The position numbers and the translations under genes were made by a program. 64,000 nt of DNA, taken from a virus. Location of the stretch: IMG/VR virus record IMGVR_UViG_3300048606_000091; one strand, written 5' to 3'. The notes below the pieces were generated by a model, which did no database searches, was not told the origin of the DNA, and was given only the letters and a program-made list of their open reading frames with translations. Positions within the stretch are counted from its first letter, which is position 1. Each line of letters starts with the position of its first letter. Positions 14,742 through 24,624 of the stretch are shown piece after piece.

Positions 14742-17351
14742 TTACGAATACATCTCGATGCGTTCCCGAGCCTCATCACTGATTGTCAAACCGAACTGCT
14801 GAGCAACCCGGAGCACATGCTGGTTGGCGAGGACAACGCGGACCTTCGCAAAGCCAGCCCACTCACCCCGGAAGCTGGAGCCGGGCAGGTCCGAAAGAAG
14901 CTCCTTCTGTGCCGCAACCAACTCCTTGCTGTATGGAGTGCCCTGCATGATAACGCGGTTGTCTGACTCAGGATCGATCATGAGCTGCGCGATCTGGATG
15001 CGCGGCCTGACCACCACTACAGCCCGTTCCGGCAGCTCAGCGGGAGCCAGGAACGTCCGGTCCACGTCGGCCAACCAGGACAGCGCGGAAGAGTCGAGAA
15101 CCTCCTTAGCGCGTGTCACGGCCACATATGCCAGCCGCAGCTCCTCGTCTGGCATGCCTCCCAGGTCGTACTCCTCCGGATTGGGGAAATCGCCTGCTAG
15201 TTGAACTCGATCCCATTCCTTGCCCTTTGCCTTGTGTGCGGTGCTGATCAGCAGCTCGGCGCCCTGCTCCGGGACGGCCTGCGCCACCGCGTCGAGCAGC
15301 TTCTCCGCGCCATGCGTGTCTACCAGCTTGACCAGTACCTTCAGCTGGCCCGCGTCGGCGGCATCCTCCACGTACTCCTGCACCTGACGCCAGGTGTCGA
15401 AAGCGATCAGGTCCGGGTGGGTGGTGGGCCGACCAAGGGTCAGATCCAACGCTGCCTTGGCCAGATACTCCACCTGCTGCGTGCCGCCGACCAAGCCGGT
15501 CTGAACGCCCATGAGCTGACTTTCCATCAGCCGGCCGATGGCGGCAGCGTTCGTGCGGGTCAGCACGGTGTCTGGTGCGTCCAGGTGCCCGAGCACCGAG
15601 TGCACCGGGTCGTGGCCCTCCACCCGGAGCGGGGTGTCCAGCCACTCCAGGATGCGGTTGGCCTCGTCGGCGATCGCCGAGCCGAAGCGGAACGACTTGG
15701 TCAGCGGAAGACGGTGCGGGGTGTCATACATGTTGAGAGAATCGACTGCCCCTCTCCAGCTGTTGTGCGTGAGGATGCCATCAGCAAAGTAGGTGTGGCA
15801 ATCCTCCACCTCCAGGGAAATCACGTCATCGTCGTAAGGGCGACGAGTGACAATCACAGGGCGCCAACTCTGGATGGGAGCCCTACGCTCGCGGAGTCGA
15901 TCCGCTTCCACCGTCTCCCCGATGGGCAGCATGCGCATGCCGTCCATCAAATTGGCTGCAGCCGTGGTAACAACCGAACGAAGCCCAATCGGAGTTCCGG
16001 CAGCAAACAGCGGATAGTCCGCCAGCCGACCGAATGCAGACAAGCATGACTCTCCATACACAGCGTTAGAACCAAGCTGCTTCCAGAACTCTACGTTATC
16101 CAACTTTCCGGAACCGTGATAAACAAAGCAAGCATCGGGGATGTTGAACCGAGCAGAGACCAAAGCCTCTTCGAGCGCAGCCTCCTCGGCCGTGTCGTGC
16201 AGAGACAGGATCCATCCAGCATCGGCACCCTCAGCGTTGAGCCTCAGCTTCAGGCCAAAAGCGCCATTCACCGTCTCGTACACAAAAGGAACTCGGCCGA
16301 CTCGGTACTGATCACCTCGACGCATGATATACACAGCATGCTTGCCGCGAAGCTCATCACCAAATCGAACCATAACATGGTGCTTCTCAGTGTACTCAGA
16401 CTGCTGAGAAGTGTCGGTAGTAGCACGAACTAGATCACCGGTATAACGGAATCTGGTCACACTCGAAATGGGACGTCCAGTCAGAAAGACACGACGATCC
16501 TTATAAGCCACAACCTTGTCACCAACCTGCAGCTCATCAATACGACGAATTACAGTCCGCATGCCGTATGACGGAACTTCCACCATCGTGCTAATAGGTT
16601 GGCAGTAGATCTGCTGATTTGTGTCACCTATTACTAAAATCTGAGCACCACGCTCGGAATTCTGTCGGTCCACGATCAGCTTGGTGACAGGGTTAATATC
16701 CTGAGCCTCATCCATGATGATGAGATCGCCAGGCAGCCGGCAGTAGTCGGACAGGCTGAAAATCTTCAGGTACACGTCGTGGTGAAATCGAAGCTGACCC
16801 TTGTCCGACTTCAGATCCTCCCAGGCACGCTGCACGAACGGCAGCAGGAACACCCGGAACGCGTCGAGGGCCGCCGGGGTGTCCAGACCGGGGACCTTGG
16901 GGATCATCCAGCCCTGCGGCTCCGGCTCGGCGGAGTGGCAGAACCGGGTGACCGCCTCGGAGACCAGCGTCGCCAGCTTGGTGTCGCGCATACGGAACAG
17001 GCCAAACCGAAAGTCATCCGGCAGGCGCAGGATCTGAGCCTGCTTCCACGCCGGCACGAACCCGCCGGTGTCCAGGCGAGCCTTCAGCGCTGGGCGCTGG
17101 GTCATGACCGAGCGGAACGCGAACGAGTGCGAGGTCCGGGCGGTGGTGTTGTTGGGGAAGCGACGGGCCGCCTCATCGGCGATGGGCCTGTTGAAGGCGA
17201 CGTACGAAATCTGGCGGCGCGGGTCATCCTGCGCGGCCAGCAGCGCGGTGCTCGTCTTACCGGCGCCAGCCAGGGCATCGACCACGACGGTCTCCCCGGT
17301 TCGCACGGCAGATCGGATCGCATCCTGCTGAGAGGTGGGCTGGAAAGCCAC
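14742..17351 (-). CDS. SF1 (UvrD/Rep-like) helicase containing an intein
   Basis: AGAGKTS Walker A, DEAQD Walker B, GDTNQQIY/SWRGA motif III, AYVAVTRAK motif VI; GTG 17351 after AGGAG. Confidence 0.9.
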   Translation of the reverse strand: MAFQPTSQQDAIRSAVRTGETVVVDALAGAGKTSTALLAAQDDPRRQISYVAFNRPIADEAARRFPNNTTARTSHSFAFRSVMTQRPALKARLDTGGFVPAWKQAQILRLPDDFRFGLFRMRDTKLATLVSEAVTRFCHSAEPEPQGWMIPKVPGLDTPAALDAFRVFLLPFVQRAWEDLKSDKGQLRFHHDVYLKIFSLSDYCRLPGDLIIMDEAQDINPVTKLIVDRQNSERGAQILVIGDTNQQIYCQPISTMVEVPSYGMRTVIRRIDELQVGDKVVAYKDRRVFLTGRPISSVTRFRYTGDLVRATTDTSQQSEYTEKHHVMVRFGDELRGKHAVYIMRRGDQYRVGRVPFVYETVNGAFGLKLRLNAEGADAGWILSLHDTAEEAALEEALVSARFNIPDACFVYHGSGKLDNVEFWKQLGSNAVYGESCLSAFGRLADYPLFAAGTPIGLRSVVTTAAANLMDGMRMLPIGETVEADRLRERRAPIQSWRPVIVTRRPYDDDVISLEVEDCHTYFADGILTHNSWRGAVDSLNMYDTPHRLPLTKSFRFGSAIADEANRILEWLDTPLRVEGHDPVHSVLGHLDAPDTVLTRTNAAAIGRLMESQLMGVQTGLVGGTQQVEYLAKAALDLTLGRPTTHPDLIAFDTWRQVQEYVEDAADAGQLKVLVKLVDTHGAEKLLDAVAQAVPEQGAELLISTAHKAKGKEWDRVQLAGDFPNPEEYDLGGMPDEELRLAYVAVTRAKEVLDSSALSWLADVDRTFLAPAELPERAVVVVRPRIQIAQLMIDPESDNRVIMQGTPYSKELVAAQKELLSDLPGSSFRGEWAGFAKVRVVLANQHVLRVAQQFGLTISDEARERIEMYS
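15762..16604 (-). mobile_element. intein (281 aa) in helicase motif III
   Basis: begins Cys (CQP), ends THN followed by Ser; lower GC than flanks; removal restores QQIY-SWRGA. Confidence 0.9.
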
Positions 17352-17401
17352 GGTAGCTCCTGGGTTCTGGCGGATTTGCCTCCGCACTCGGTGATGAAAA
17401 G

Positions 17402-17430
17402 ATACTACCATGCTCGCATGTTGCTTGCAA
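17402..17430 (-). promoter_or_regulatory. sigma70-type promoter of helicase
   Basis: TTGCAA-N17-TAGTAT. Confidence 0.6.
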
Positions 17431-17989
17431 GCTGTACTTAGCTAGACTCTTCACGAGCGATCCTGATGGCGCGGTTCAGCTCACCCATGGGCACATAGTG
17501 CAAATGGTCATCACAGACCGCGAAGCCGTTGAGAACGGTCACCGCCTCGGCGGCAAGACCCGTCCGAACGAAGAGACACACGGCGCATCTCAGCTCGGTC
17601 ACACAGCGGTACTACCCCTGCGAGTGCTTGGGCGGGGGCTCGACCGGTGGATTGTCCGTCTTGGCATGGCGACCGGTGCTCTGGGGAGCCTCGGGGTCGG
17701 GCCATCCCCGCTCGAACGCGGTGAACGGATCCCCCAGAGACTCAACCAGGTCTAGATACAGGCTGAGTTCTTCCATGCTTTGATCTTCGTCATGGTGAGA
17801 ACACAAACCTCGTCAGCAGAATGCCCACCACGACACCCGCGACCAGAGACCAGAACACCATCTGCAGCACGATCTTGTTTTCCCACAAGACCTCAGAAGC
17901 CGGCAACAACGGTGCCTTTGTGTTAACAGGCATAGTGTCTAATCGATGGCTGGTCATACTGGGCTCCTGTCACTGAGCACCCCGCCCGC

Positions 17990-19363
17990 TTAGGTCATCC
18001 ATTCAGACCGAACTTGCGAGAGCACGGACTGAACGGTTCCGGCACCGGGCTCACCTTCTTCGAGGCCGTCTCGAACCAAAACGAAGGCTGGCCTCGACTT
18101 GGTTCGATCCTCGCCCAACATCAGTCGAACGGCGCCGCCACAATCAGAGTCGGTTGCGCCAGGTCTGGCAAGACCTGCCGAACAGATAGCAGAAGTCAGG
18201 CGCTTATGGCTGAGCACCACGGTGCGCGCGGGCGGAGCCTTGTCGGAACCTAATCTGACAAAATCAGCTTTTAGCACTTCTGTAGATAAATCGCCGTAAC
18301 GGTTTCTGGTGGCTACGGTAATCGTATTTGGCTCCGGCACACCCGGCTTCAGCGCGACCGCCAGGGTCTCCTCGTCCGAAGTAGGAGAGGCCCGCCGGAG
18401 TGCCTCGATCAGATCATCCGCGTCCACGGTCAGCTGATCGCGGTTCTCCACCAGCGGGGTCTGGATTGCATTCTTGGCCTCGGCCGGGAACTCCTCGGTG
18501 ATGTGCGCGACGATCATGCGGTCCGGAGATTCGATCGAACCGATCTCCACCACCGTGTGATACGGAGTGTCCGCCAGTCGAAATTCCTCGGCATCGTTGC
18601 GCTCCAACATCTTGATCGCCAGGTCCGCCGCCGCCGTCGACACCCGGCAGGTCAGATCGGCGGGCAGCTGCCCGGTCACCTGCGCAAAGCAAGTCTTATC
18701 GGTGGTCGTAACGGTCCCCTGCGAGATGTCCAGCTGCATGCGGCCGGGGTCGTTCTCATCCGAGGACGCGGCATAGCGCACCGCGCCCACCGCGCGCACG
18801 AAGTTGGCTCGATCGATGGTGTGCCAGGTCAGGTCGCCCAGATCCGCGAGCGAGACGTAGTCCTGGGTGCCCGCGATGCGCAGCGACCAATCCGAGCGAC
18901 TAGACGGGGTCGGGCTGCTGATGTGCAGCATCTGGTCTTGGGCGCGCAGCGACACCTCAGAGCCGGACGCGAGGCGGATGACGTTGGAGAACTTGGTCGC
19001 GCCGATGAGCACCCGACCGGGGTGGGTCACCCGAACGGTGGTGGAGTGGCAGATCACCGTCGACGTCGAGTCCGAGCCGGTGATGGCCAACCGGTCCTCG
19101 GTCACGTCCAGGACCAGCGACTTCAGCGCGGGCACGAAGTCCCGCGTCGGCACCACCAGCATGCACTGCTCCACCATGCGGACCAGCACGGCGCGGGGCA
19201 CGGAGAACTCCGGCGGGTTGGAGACGGTGACCGTTTCCTGCACTAGCGGAATGGTCTCGTATTCCTCACCAGACGCGTTGTCCGTGTCAGTGTTCAACTC
19301 GATGCCCAATGACGACAACATGTCCACGCCGGCTTGGGTTGTCTCTTCAGAGACCTCAGACAT
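17990..19363 (-). CDS. dnaN: DNA polymerase III beta sliding clamp-like protein
   Basis: three-domain pattern: VPTRDFVPALKSLVL..RLAITGSD, VRYAASSD...TTTDK, EEFP...LTVDADDLIEALRR. Confidence 0.75.
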   Translation of the reverse strand: MSEVSEETTQAGVDMLSSLGIELNTDTDNASGEEYETIPLVQETVTVSNPPEFSVPRAVLVRMVEQCMLVVPTRDFVPALKSLVLDVTEDRLAITGSDSTSTVICHSTTVRVTHPGRVLIGATKFSNVIRLASGSEVSLRAQDQMLHISSPTPSSRSDWSLRIAGTQDYVSLADLGDLTWHTIDRANFVRAVGAVRYAASSDENDPGRMQLDISQGTVTTTDKTCFAQVTGQLPADLTCRVSTAAADLAIKMLERNDAEEFRLADTPYHTVVEIGSIESPDRMIVAHITEEFPAEAKNAIQTPLVENRDQLTVDADDLIEALRRASPTSDEETLAVALKPGVPEPNTITVATRNRYGDLSTEVLKADFVRLGSDKAPPARTVVLSHKRLTSAICSAGLARPGATDSDCGGAVRLMLGEDRTKSRPAFVLVRDGLEEGEPGAGTVQSVLSQVRSEWMT

Positions 19364-19898
19364 CGTTCTCCTTCAGATCATCCAGCCACTCGCCGGCTAC
19401 ATCTAGGTCATTTTGAGTCAATCCGATCTTCGGGTCGACCCAGTGCAGCCGGCCCGGAGCCCTGCCGCGCTTGCCTTCAAACCAATGTCTTTCCATTGGA
19501 AAGCATCCGAAGTCATCATCAAACCAAACAAATGGTCTAGTACCAACATAGTCCAAGACACCATCAAACTTCCAATGGTGTGCCTTGAATCCCCATTCGA
19601 TGACCGGAAGCTCTGGTAGACCAATTACTGGTCCGATGTGAATGTTGGCATCGTGCTCCCAGGTGGTTGCCCACACCAACTCAGCGTCATGCTTCTCCGC
19701 AAACGCGAGCAGCATCGGACCATGCTCGGGATTCAGCCACACCCGGAGCGTGCGTCTTTCAGCGCTCGGTACCCGAGCCACGATAGCCATAGGAAGCTGA
19801 ACACGGATGGTGGTGTAGCCTTCTGGTCGCCTTGTCGGCTTTGCTCCATACGGATTGAGTGGTCCGTCCACATCAATAAGTACTAAAGGCTTATCCAC
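19356..19898 (-). CDS. HAD-family phosphatase (RNA-repair-associated HAD_SAK type)
   Basis: LIDVDGPLN, LVWATTW and FVWFDDD motifs. Confidence 0.8.
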   Translation of the reverse strand: MDKPLVLIDVDGPLNPYGAKPTRRPEGYTTIRVQLPMAIVARVPSAERRTLRVWLNPEHGPMLLAFAEKHDAELVWATTWEHDANIHIGPVIGLPELPVIEWGFKAHHWKFDGVLDYVGTRPFVWFDDDFGCFPMERHWFEGKRGRAPGRLHWVDPKIGLTQNDLDVAGEWLDDLKENDV

Positions 19899-20609
19899 TC
19901 AAGAGTCATACCCAGCGGGGTAGTGGAACTTCAACCAGTGCCGCTGTGCGCCCAGCACAGCACCCGGGAAGCCCAACCGATGCGAGCGGCCGGTGACCGT
20001 AGCCGGGCCCTTACGATTGGCGTGAGAGGGGTGCGTACACTCCCATACCCACCCGTAGTTGATGCCGTCGTTCCATCCGTAGTGGTCACCATTAAGCAAA
20101 TCGTTGGGGTGTCGCTTCCAGATCTTCAGGGTGTGTCCACGGCCCTCGGGAGGCTCCCGATATCGAACGCCGCCAGCCTGGCGGAGCTGCTCCTTCTCGA
20201 ACACCGCCGCCTTGACGCGGAACTCATCGGCAAGCCTCTTCAGGCGAGCGCGGTGCTCCTCCACCTCAGGATTGATGGCGACAACCTTGGACCTAACCTT
20301 CTTCCGGCGAGGTTCACCGCGCAAGTCAGCTAGGGTATCAAGCAAACTGTCAATGACTTTACTAGCTTCTCGCTTGCTAGTCTTAGAACTATCGATGACG
20401 GTATCGAGTTTCTCAATAGTCGCGCCGTCATCGAACAAATCATTCAGCTGATCTCTGAGATCGCACAAAAAGTCCAGCTGCTTATCCGTTGCGGGAGGCT
20501 GCTCCCGACGCTGCGGTGTCACGACTGAGCCTCCGTCCTCTGCGTGGCTTTCAGCATGGCGTTGAGCCAGGGCCCAGTAGGCAGCCTGCAACGACTGCAC
20601 ACCCACCAC
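19899..20609 (-). CDS. hypothetical protein
   Basis: ORF track; ATDKQLDFL motif common in phage proteins. Confidence 0.65.
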   Translation of the reverse strand: MVGVQSLQAAYWALAQRHAESHAEDGGSVVTPQRREQPPATDKQLDFLCDLRDQLNDLFDDGATIEKLDTVIDSSKTSKREASKVIDSLLDTLADLRGEPRRKKVRSKVVAINPEVEEHRARLKRLADEFRVKAAVFEKEQLRQAGGVRYREPPEGRGHTLKIWKRHPNDLLNGDHYGWNDGINYGWVWECTHPSHANRKGPATVTGRSHRLGFPGAVLGAQRHWLKFHYPAGYDS

Positions 20610-20691
20610 AAGCTGCCATCCGGCTGAACCACCGAGGTGAACCCATCCTTGCGGTGGCTGCTATCACACTGACAAGTCTTCTGCTCTTCCA

Positions 20692-20874
20692 TCAGAGAGC
20701 CCTGTCAACTTCTTCACGGAGATCACAGTCCATGCAACGGCGGTAATACTTGGTGGACCACAGCTTCCACCACACACCAGTACGGAACCACCTCAACGAA
20801 TAAGTGAGCATACAAGAATGTGGCAGTTGCTTGTTATACGAGCCAGGACAAATGTCTTTTAGTTCGTTGGCCAC
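20692..20874 (-). CDS. small Cys-containing hypothetical protein
   Basis: ORF track; CP..HSC..RRCMDC. Confidence 0.5.
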   Translation of the reverse strand: MANELKDICPGSYNKQLPHSCMLTYSLRWFRTGVWWKLWSTKYYRRCMDCDLREEVDRAL

Positions 20875-21113
20875 AACACCACCGCCCGCACCGAACCCTC
20901 GGGAGCCTCGTCCTCTTCGGTGTACTGATCCGACTCAGCGATCTCCTCAGAGAGCGGGTGCACCGTTCCGCACCAGGTCTGTTCAGCGAAATACATGCTC
21001 TCCCAAACCTCAGCAAGGGGAGAGTGGCCATTGCCCTCAGCGTCCTCACTCATGATCACCGGGAAATCCGGATCGAGCTTCTGCAGCTCGATGATCAGCT
21101 CACCAACAGTCAT
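20859..21113 (-). CDS. conserved phage hypothetical protein
   Basis: MTVGELIIELQKLDPDFPV..DAEGN pattern. Confidence 0.75.
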   Translation of the reverse strand: MTVGELIIELQKLDPDFPVIMSEDAEGNGHSPLAEVWESMYFAEQTWCGTVHPLSEEIAESDQYTEEDEAPEGSVRAVVLWPTN

Positions 21114-21373
21114 GATTCCTCCGGCTTGTGCGCGGCAGCGAGGGACTCCCGGACGGCCTGCATCTCGGTCAGCAGCTGCGCGTCGATCTTCTGCGCCAAC
21201 TCCTCGGCCTCTTCCAGCGAACCCACACTGAACTCTTCGCGCAGCTTGGCCAGCACACGCTGGGTCTCCGCCTCAGCGGACTCCAGCTGCGCCTGCAGCC
21301 GGTTCTGATTCGTCCGCGCCGTCTCTGCCTCAGCCTTCAGCGCGGCGACGTCCGTCTCAATTTGATCAGCCAC
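21110..21373 (-). CDS. small coiled-coil protein
   Basis: heptad pattern; GGTAGGAC-N6-GTG. Confidence 0.7.
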   Translation of the reverse strand: MADQIETDVAALKAEAETARTNQNRLQAQLESAEAETQRVLAKLREEFSVGSLEEAEELAQKIDAQLLTEMQAVRESLAAAHKPEES

Positions 21374-21375
21374 GG

Positions 21376-21648
21376 CTACGTCCTACCGCCTGGTCGATAC
21401 GGAACAGGATTCTCGCCTGACTCTCTGACAAGAACATCTATAGAGGTCAAAACAAGATTGCTGTCGGGACCATCCTCAAAATCAAAAAAATGCTCTCGAT
21501 ACTCATAGAGGAAAAATTCCAGATAGCCGTCTAAATGCGCTATCACAAAGCTCGAATTCTCGCCAATAACAGGGAGCATTGGAACATAAACAGTTACATG
21601 CAGCACACTAGAATCAAAGTCTACAAGATTCAACTTGATGTTCGCCAT
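21376..21648 (-). CDS. hypothetical protein
   Basis: GGGTAGTAT-N6-ATG. Confidence 0.65.
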   Translation of the reverse strand: MANIKLNLVDFDSSVLHVTVYVPMLPVIGENSSFVIAHLDGYLEFFLYEYREHFFDFEDGPDSNLVLTSIDVLVRESGENPVPYRPGGRT

Positions 21649-21657
21649 ACTCGCATA

Positions 21658-22524
21658 CTACCCAGCTAGGGAAGACCTAGCCTTGGGCGCGAACATACCG
21701 CCACCGCCCGGCTTGAACCGCGAGCAACCCGGCTTGACGGGACACCAGGCACAGCCCGAATCCAGCTTCTTCGGTGTGATGTCATTGCGCCACATGTCGT
21801 GCGCCATCTTCTGGATACGCGACAGCATGGAAGACAAGTCCTCTTGCGTGATGTCAATCCACACGAAAGGATTGTCCTCCACCATCGGCTGCAGGAACGC
21901 AAACCGGCTGAACGGGGCGCCCTTCTCCGCGAAGTGCGCCAGTGAGTAGAAGATGCCCTGACCCAGTGTCTTACGAATGTAGTCCGGACTCGCGGTGGCC
22001 TTCAGGTCGAAGCCAACCCACACCGGCTCCGGGACCAGCGTCTCCCGAACCCGGATATCCATCCCGCCCACCAGATCGATCTGTGCATCGTTGCCATCGG
22101 GATCCTTGAGGCGTAACGGCACGCGAAACTTGTACTCCGGGTCATAGTCGAACGGCAGCACGTGGCGCTGCAGGAACGGCTCCAGGCGAGTGAGCAGCAC
22201 CTTCACCCACTCGATCATCTCCGCCCGGTCGGTGCGCGACTTCCACTGCACCACACCAGATTCACGTTCCCGGGCCCGCTGCATCTCCCGCTCGACGGTG
22301 TCCTCGACAGACCGGACCATCTCACCAGAGCGCGGGTTAGGCGATTCCAGCCAACATCTCATGCAACGGTCAGCAACGATGCCGTGGAAGAACGGGCGGA
22401 GATTCTGGCCAGGAGTCTTACGCTTACCTTGCATAAGATATGCACGTTGCCGGCATTGCTCATGATTCTGAAGAGACGTCCAAGAAATCCGAAGATGTCT
22501 AGGACCCTCACACACATCAGTCAT
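21658..22524 (-). CDS. Cas4-like/RecB-like PD-(D/E)XK nuclease with Fe-S cysteines
   Basis: N-terminal QCRQ, GGMD..FDLKAT, C-terminal CAWCPVKPGC. Confidence 0.8.
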   Translation of the reverse strand: MTDVCEGPRHLRISWTSLQNHEQCRQRAYLMQGKRKTPGQNLRPFFHGIVADRCMRCWLESPNPRSGEMVRSVEDTVEREMQRARERESGVVQWKSRTDRAEMIEWVKVLLTRLEPFLQRHVLPFDYDPEYKFRVPLRLKDPDGNDAQIDLVGGMDIRVRETLVPEPVWVGFDLKATASPDYIRKTLGQGIFYSLAHFAEKGAPFSRFAFLQPMVEDNPFVWIDITQEDLSSMLSRIQKMAHDMWRNDITPKKLDSGCAWCPVKPGCSRFKPGGGGMFAPKARSSLAG

Positions 22525-22588
22525 GGTTTCCTCAGATCAGCTATTAGCTTCTACCCAAAGTGAACCACGACCCGCCGACAAGAATTGC

Positions 22589-23131
22589 CTACCCAGCAAA
22601 GGAAGCTCGCAATTTCTTAAGTTCCTGATAGCAAGCAACGGTGACAGACACATCACCTAGTGCGGTGTGATCCCCCAGAGAGATCGAGAGCAGCCGGCAG
22701 ATGTCATTCAACCCCGGGACGTAGTCCAAGTTCAGGATGCCCTTGGCGTAGGACTCCACGTCCAGCATCCGGTAGTGCCACATCTCGGGAAGCTTGAATC
22801 CATTGACTGCAAACATCTTACCGAACATGTTTCCATCGAACCTGGTGTTACACGCGACAACTGTAGAATCAGTGAGAGCTTCGGCTAACAACTGAATCTC
22901 TTGTTGAACGTTCTGAGTGCTCTTGCCATAGAGACGCTCCATGTAACCGTTGATCTCCAGAGCCTTTGGCTCCGCGTTGGCTACGATCTCATCCCAGTCC
23001 TGCGGCGGCATGAAGGAACGACGCTCACCGGTCTCCAGGCAATGCCAGGCAACCTCTACAGCCTCGTGTCTGACCCAGTCGAGACCATTGGTCTCGCAAT
23101 CTACAACTAATTCTCTCCTTGCAGTGCCCAC
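22589..23131 (-). CDS. DEDDh 3'-5' exonuclease (DnaQ-like)
   Basis: VVDCETNGL, CNTRFD and HTALGDV motifs. Confidence 0.85.
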   Translation of the reverse strand: MGTARRELVVDCETNGLDWVRHEAVEVAWHCLETGERRSFMPPQDWDEIVANAEPKALEINGYMERLYGKSTQNVQQEIQLLAEALTDSTVVACNTRFDGNMFGKMFAVNGFKLPEMWHYRMLDVESYAKGILNLDYVPGLNDICRLLSISLGDHTALGDVSVTVACYQELKKLRASFAG

Positions 23132-23239
23132 ATCTCCCCCTCAGGATTGTCGGAAGAAACAAATTCCAGAAGTCTCTGTCCGACTCGTCGAATCAAAGGG
23201 GTAAGTGCAGCAATAACTAAGAGACACAGAATAATCTTC

Positions 23240-24400
23240 TTACTCCGAGACATAACATCCTTGCCTTCTAAGTCGTACACGAGTCAATTCAATAGAAGAG
23301 AGATCCCGCTCTACAGCCACCACCTCACGTCCCTCCAGGACGCAGGCTTCCACAGTGCTGCCCGACCCGGAGAACGGCTCCAAAACCCGGTCACCCGGCA
23401 GAGTCAGCAGGCGGACGAGCCACCGCATCAGACCTAATGGCTTAACCGTATTGTGTGCAATGACAGACGAGAAGTTCTCCGTCAACGGCTCATACGAATC
23501 ATGCGAGCACACCGGGTGCGGACGATTCGAGTACTTGCTACCAGACTTCATGTAAGACTGGGTGATAACTCCACACACCGAGCACTTCCATGCTCGGATC
23601 TGCCCGAGCGTGGTCAGCCGCTTGGTGCCCTCGCCGGCCTCCACCTGCACGCGGGGGCGCTCGTCCTTGGAAGGCTTGCCCTCGAAGCGGAACGTCGGGA
23701 AGTACTCCAGGTTCGCGCCCATCCACGGCACCGGGCAGCCTTCCACACACTCCAGGCCGTCCTCGGTGCCGCCACAGAACGGAGAGTGGCTCACGAGCAC
23801 GTTCGGTGGGTCGCTGCCATTGGGGAGCCGGCAGTCATCCAGGCCCAGGGTAGCGGTGCTGTGCTCGGCGACAGTAGACACCAGACCACCCTTGAGCGGG
23901 GCCCGAGCGAAGATGGCGGGTTCATGCCGGGAGTGCAGGGCCGTCCCGCGTCCGCGCATCTGAGCGGCTCGCTCCGGGCTTCCGGCGGCAGCCAGGCGAG
24001 CGGGGATATCCACACCGCGCATGAACCCTGACGGGTAGTGCCAAATGATCGAGTCGAGGATGTCCCAGCCGGCCTTGTCCAGACCGGTCGCCAGATCATG
24101 CCAAGTTTTGCCAGAACCGAATGCGATGATCCAACCACCAGGCTTTGTCACCCGGAGCGCTTCGCTGCCCCAGAGTTCGCACCACTGCGGGAAGTTCTTG
24201 ATCGCATCCCAACCCTCGGTGCCGCCGCCCATGGCCAGGTTGTACGGAGGATCTGTCAAAACAGCAGATACCGAGTTGTCCGGGATCAGCTGCAGGGCAT
24301 CCTCCACCGCGCCGTGCATCAGCGTCACCGGATGCTTGAGGTCAATCACTAGTCCTCCGAATGCGCGGGCGGGTACGCCTTGTTCGTAACGGTGCTCCAT
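23240..24400 (-). CDS. N6-adenine/N4-cytosine DNA methyltransferase (beta order)
   Basis: TDPPY near N-terminus, HNTVKP, VLEPFSGSGST near C-terminus. Confidence 0.88.
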   Translation of the reverse strand: MEHRYEQGVPARAFGGLVIDLKHPVTLMHGAVEDALQLIPDNSVSAVLTDPPYNLAMGGGTEGWDAIKNFPQWCELWGSEALRVTKPGGWIIAFGSGKTWHDLATGLDKAGWDILDSIIWHYPSGFMRGVDIPARLAAAGSPERAAQMRGRGTALHSRHEPAIFARAPLKGGLVSTVAEHSTATLGLDDCRLPNGSDPPNVLVSHSPFCGGTEDGLECVEGCPVPWMGANLEYFPTFRFEGKPSKDERPRVQVEAGEGTKRLTTLGQIRAWKCSVCGVITQSYMKSGSKYSNRPHPVCSHDSYEPLTENFSSVIAHNTVKPLGLMRWLVRLLTLPGDRVLEPFSGSGSTVEACVLEGREVVAVERDLSSIELTRVRLRRQGCYVSE

Positions 24401-24624
24401 ACATAGCCATTGCCCGCAGCCATGCCGAGTCCGATCACATCATGAATGTCCACATCAAACGGACCACCGGCACCACTACCAGAGATGGTCTGGGGCAACC
24501 CCATCCGCTGCGAGATCAGCTGACGGACCGCGAGCATCAAACCAGACTCGGCATCGCTCTGGTCGTAAGCTTCCATCTCGCCAAACACCACCACGGCCAC
24601 ACGGAATCTCTTCTGCTCGATCAC
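24349..24624 (-). CDS. hypothetical protein
   Basis: ORF track; start overlaps upstream stop. Confidence 0.6.
   Translation of the reverse strand: MIEQKRFRVAVVVFGEMEAYDQSDAESGLMLAVRQLISQRMGLPQTISGSGAGGPFDVDIHDVIGLGMAAGNGYVWSTVTNKAYPPAHSED

Noticed and set aside
21658-22524. Cas4 as part of the RAMP system
   Set aside because: Cas4-like PD-(D/E)XK nucleases are routine in phage recombination blocks. This one is 7 kb away among DnaQ and SbcD genes, and nothing links it to the arrays.
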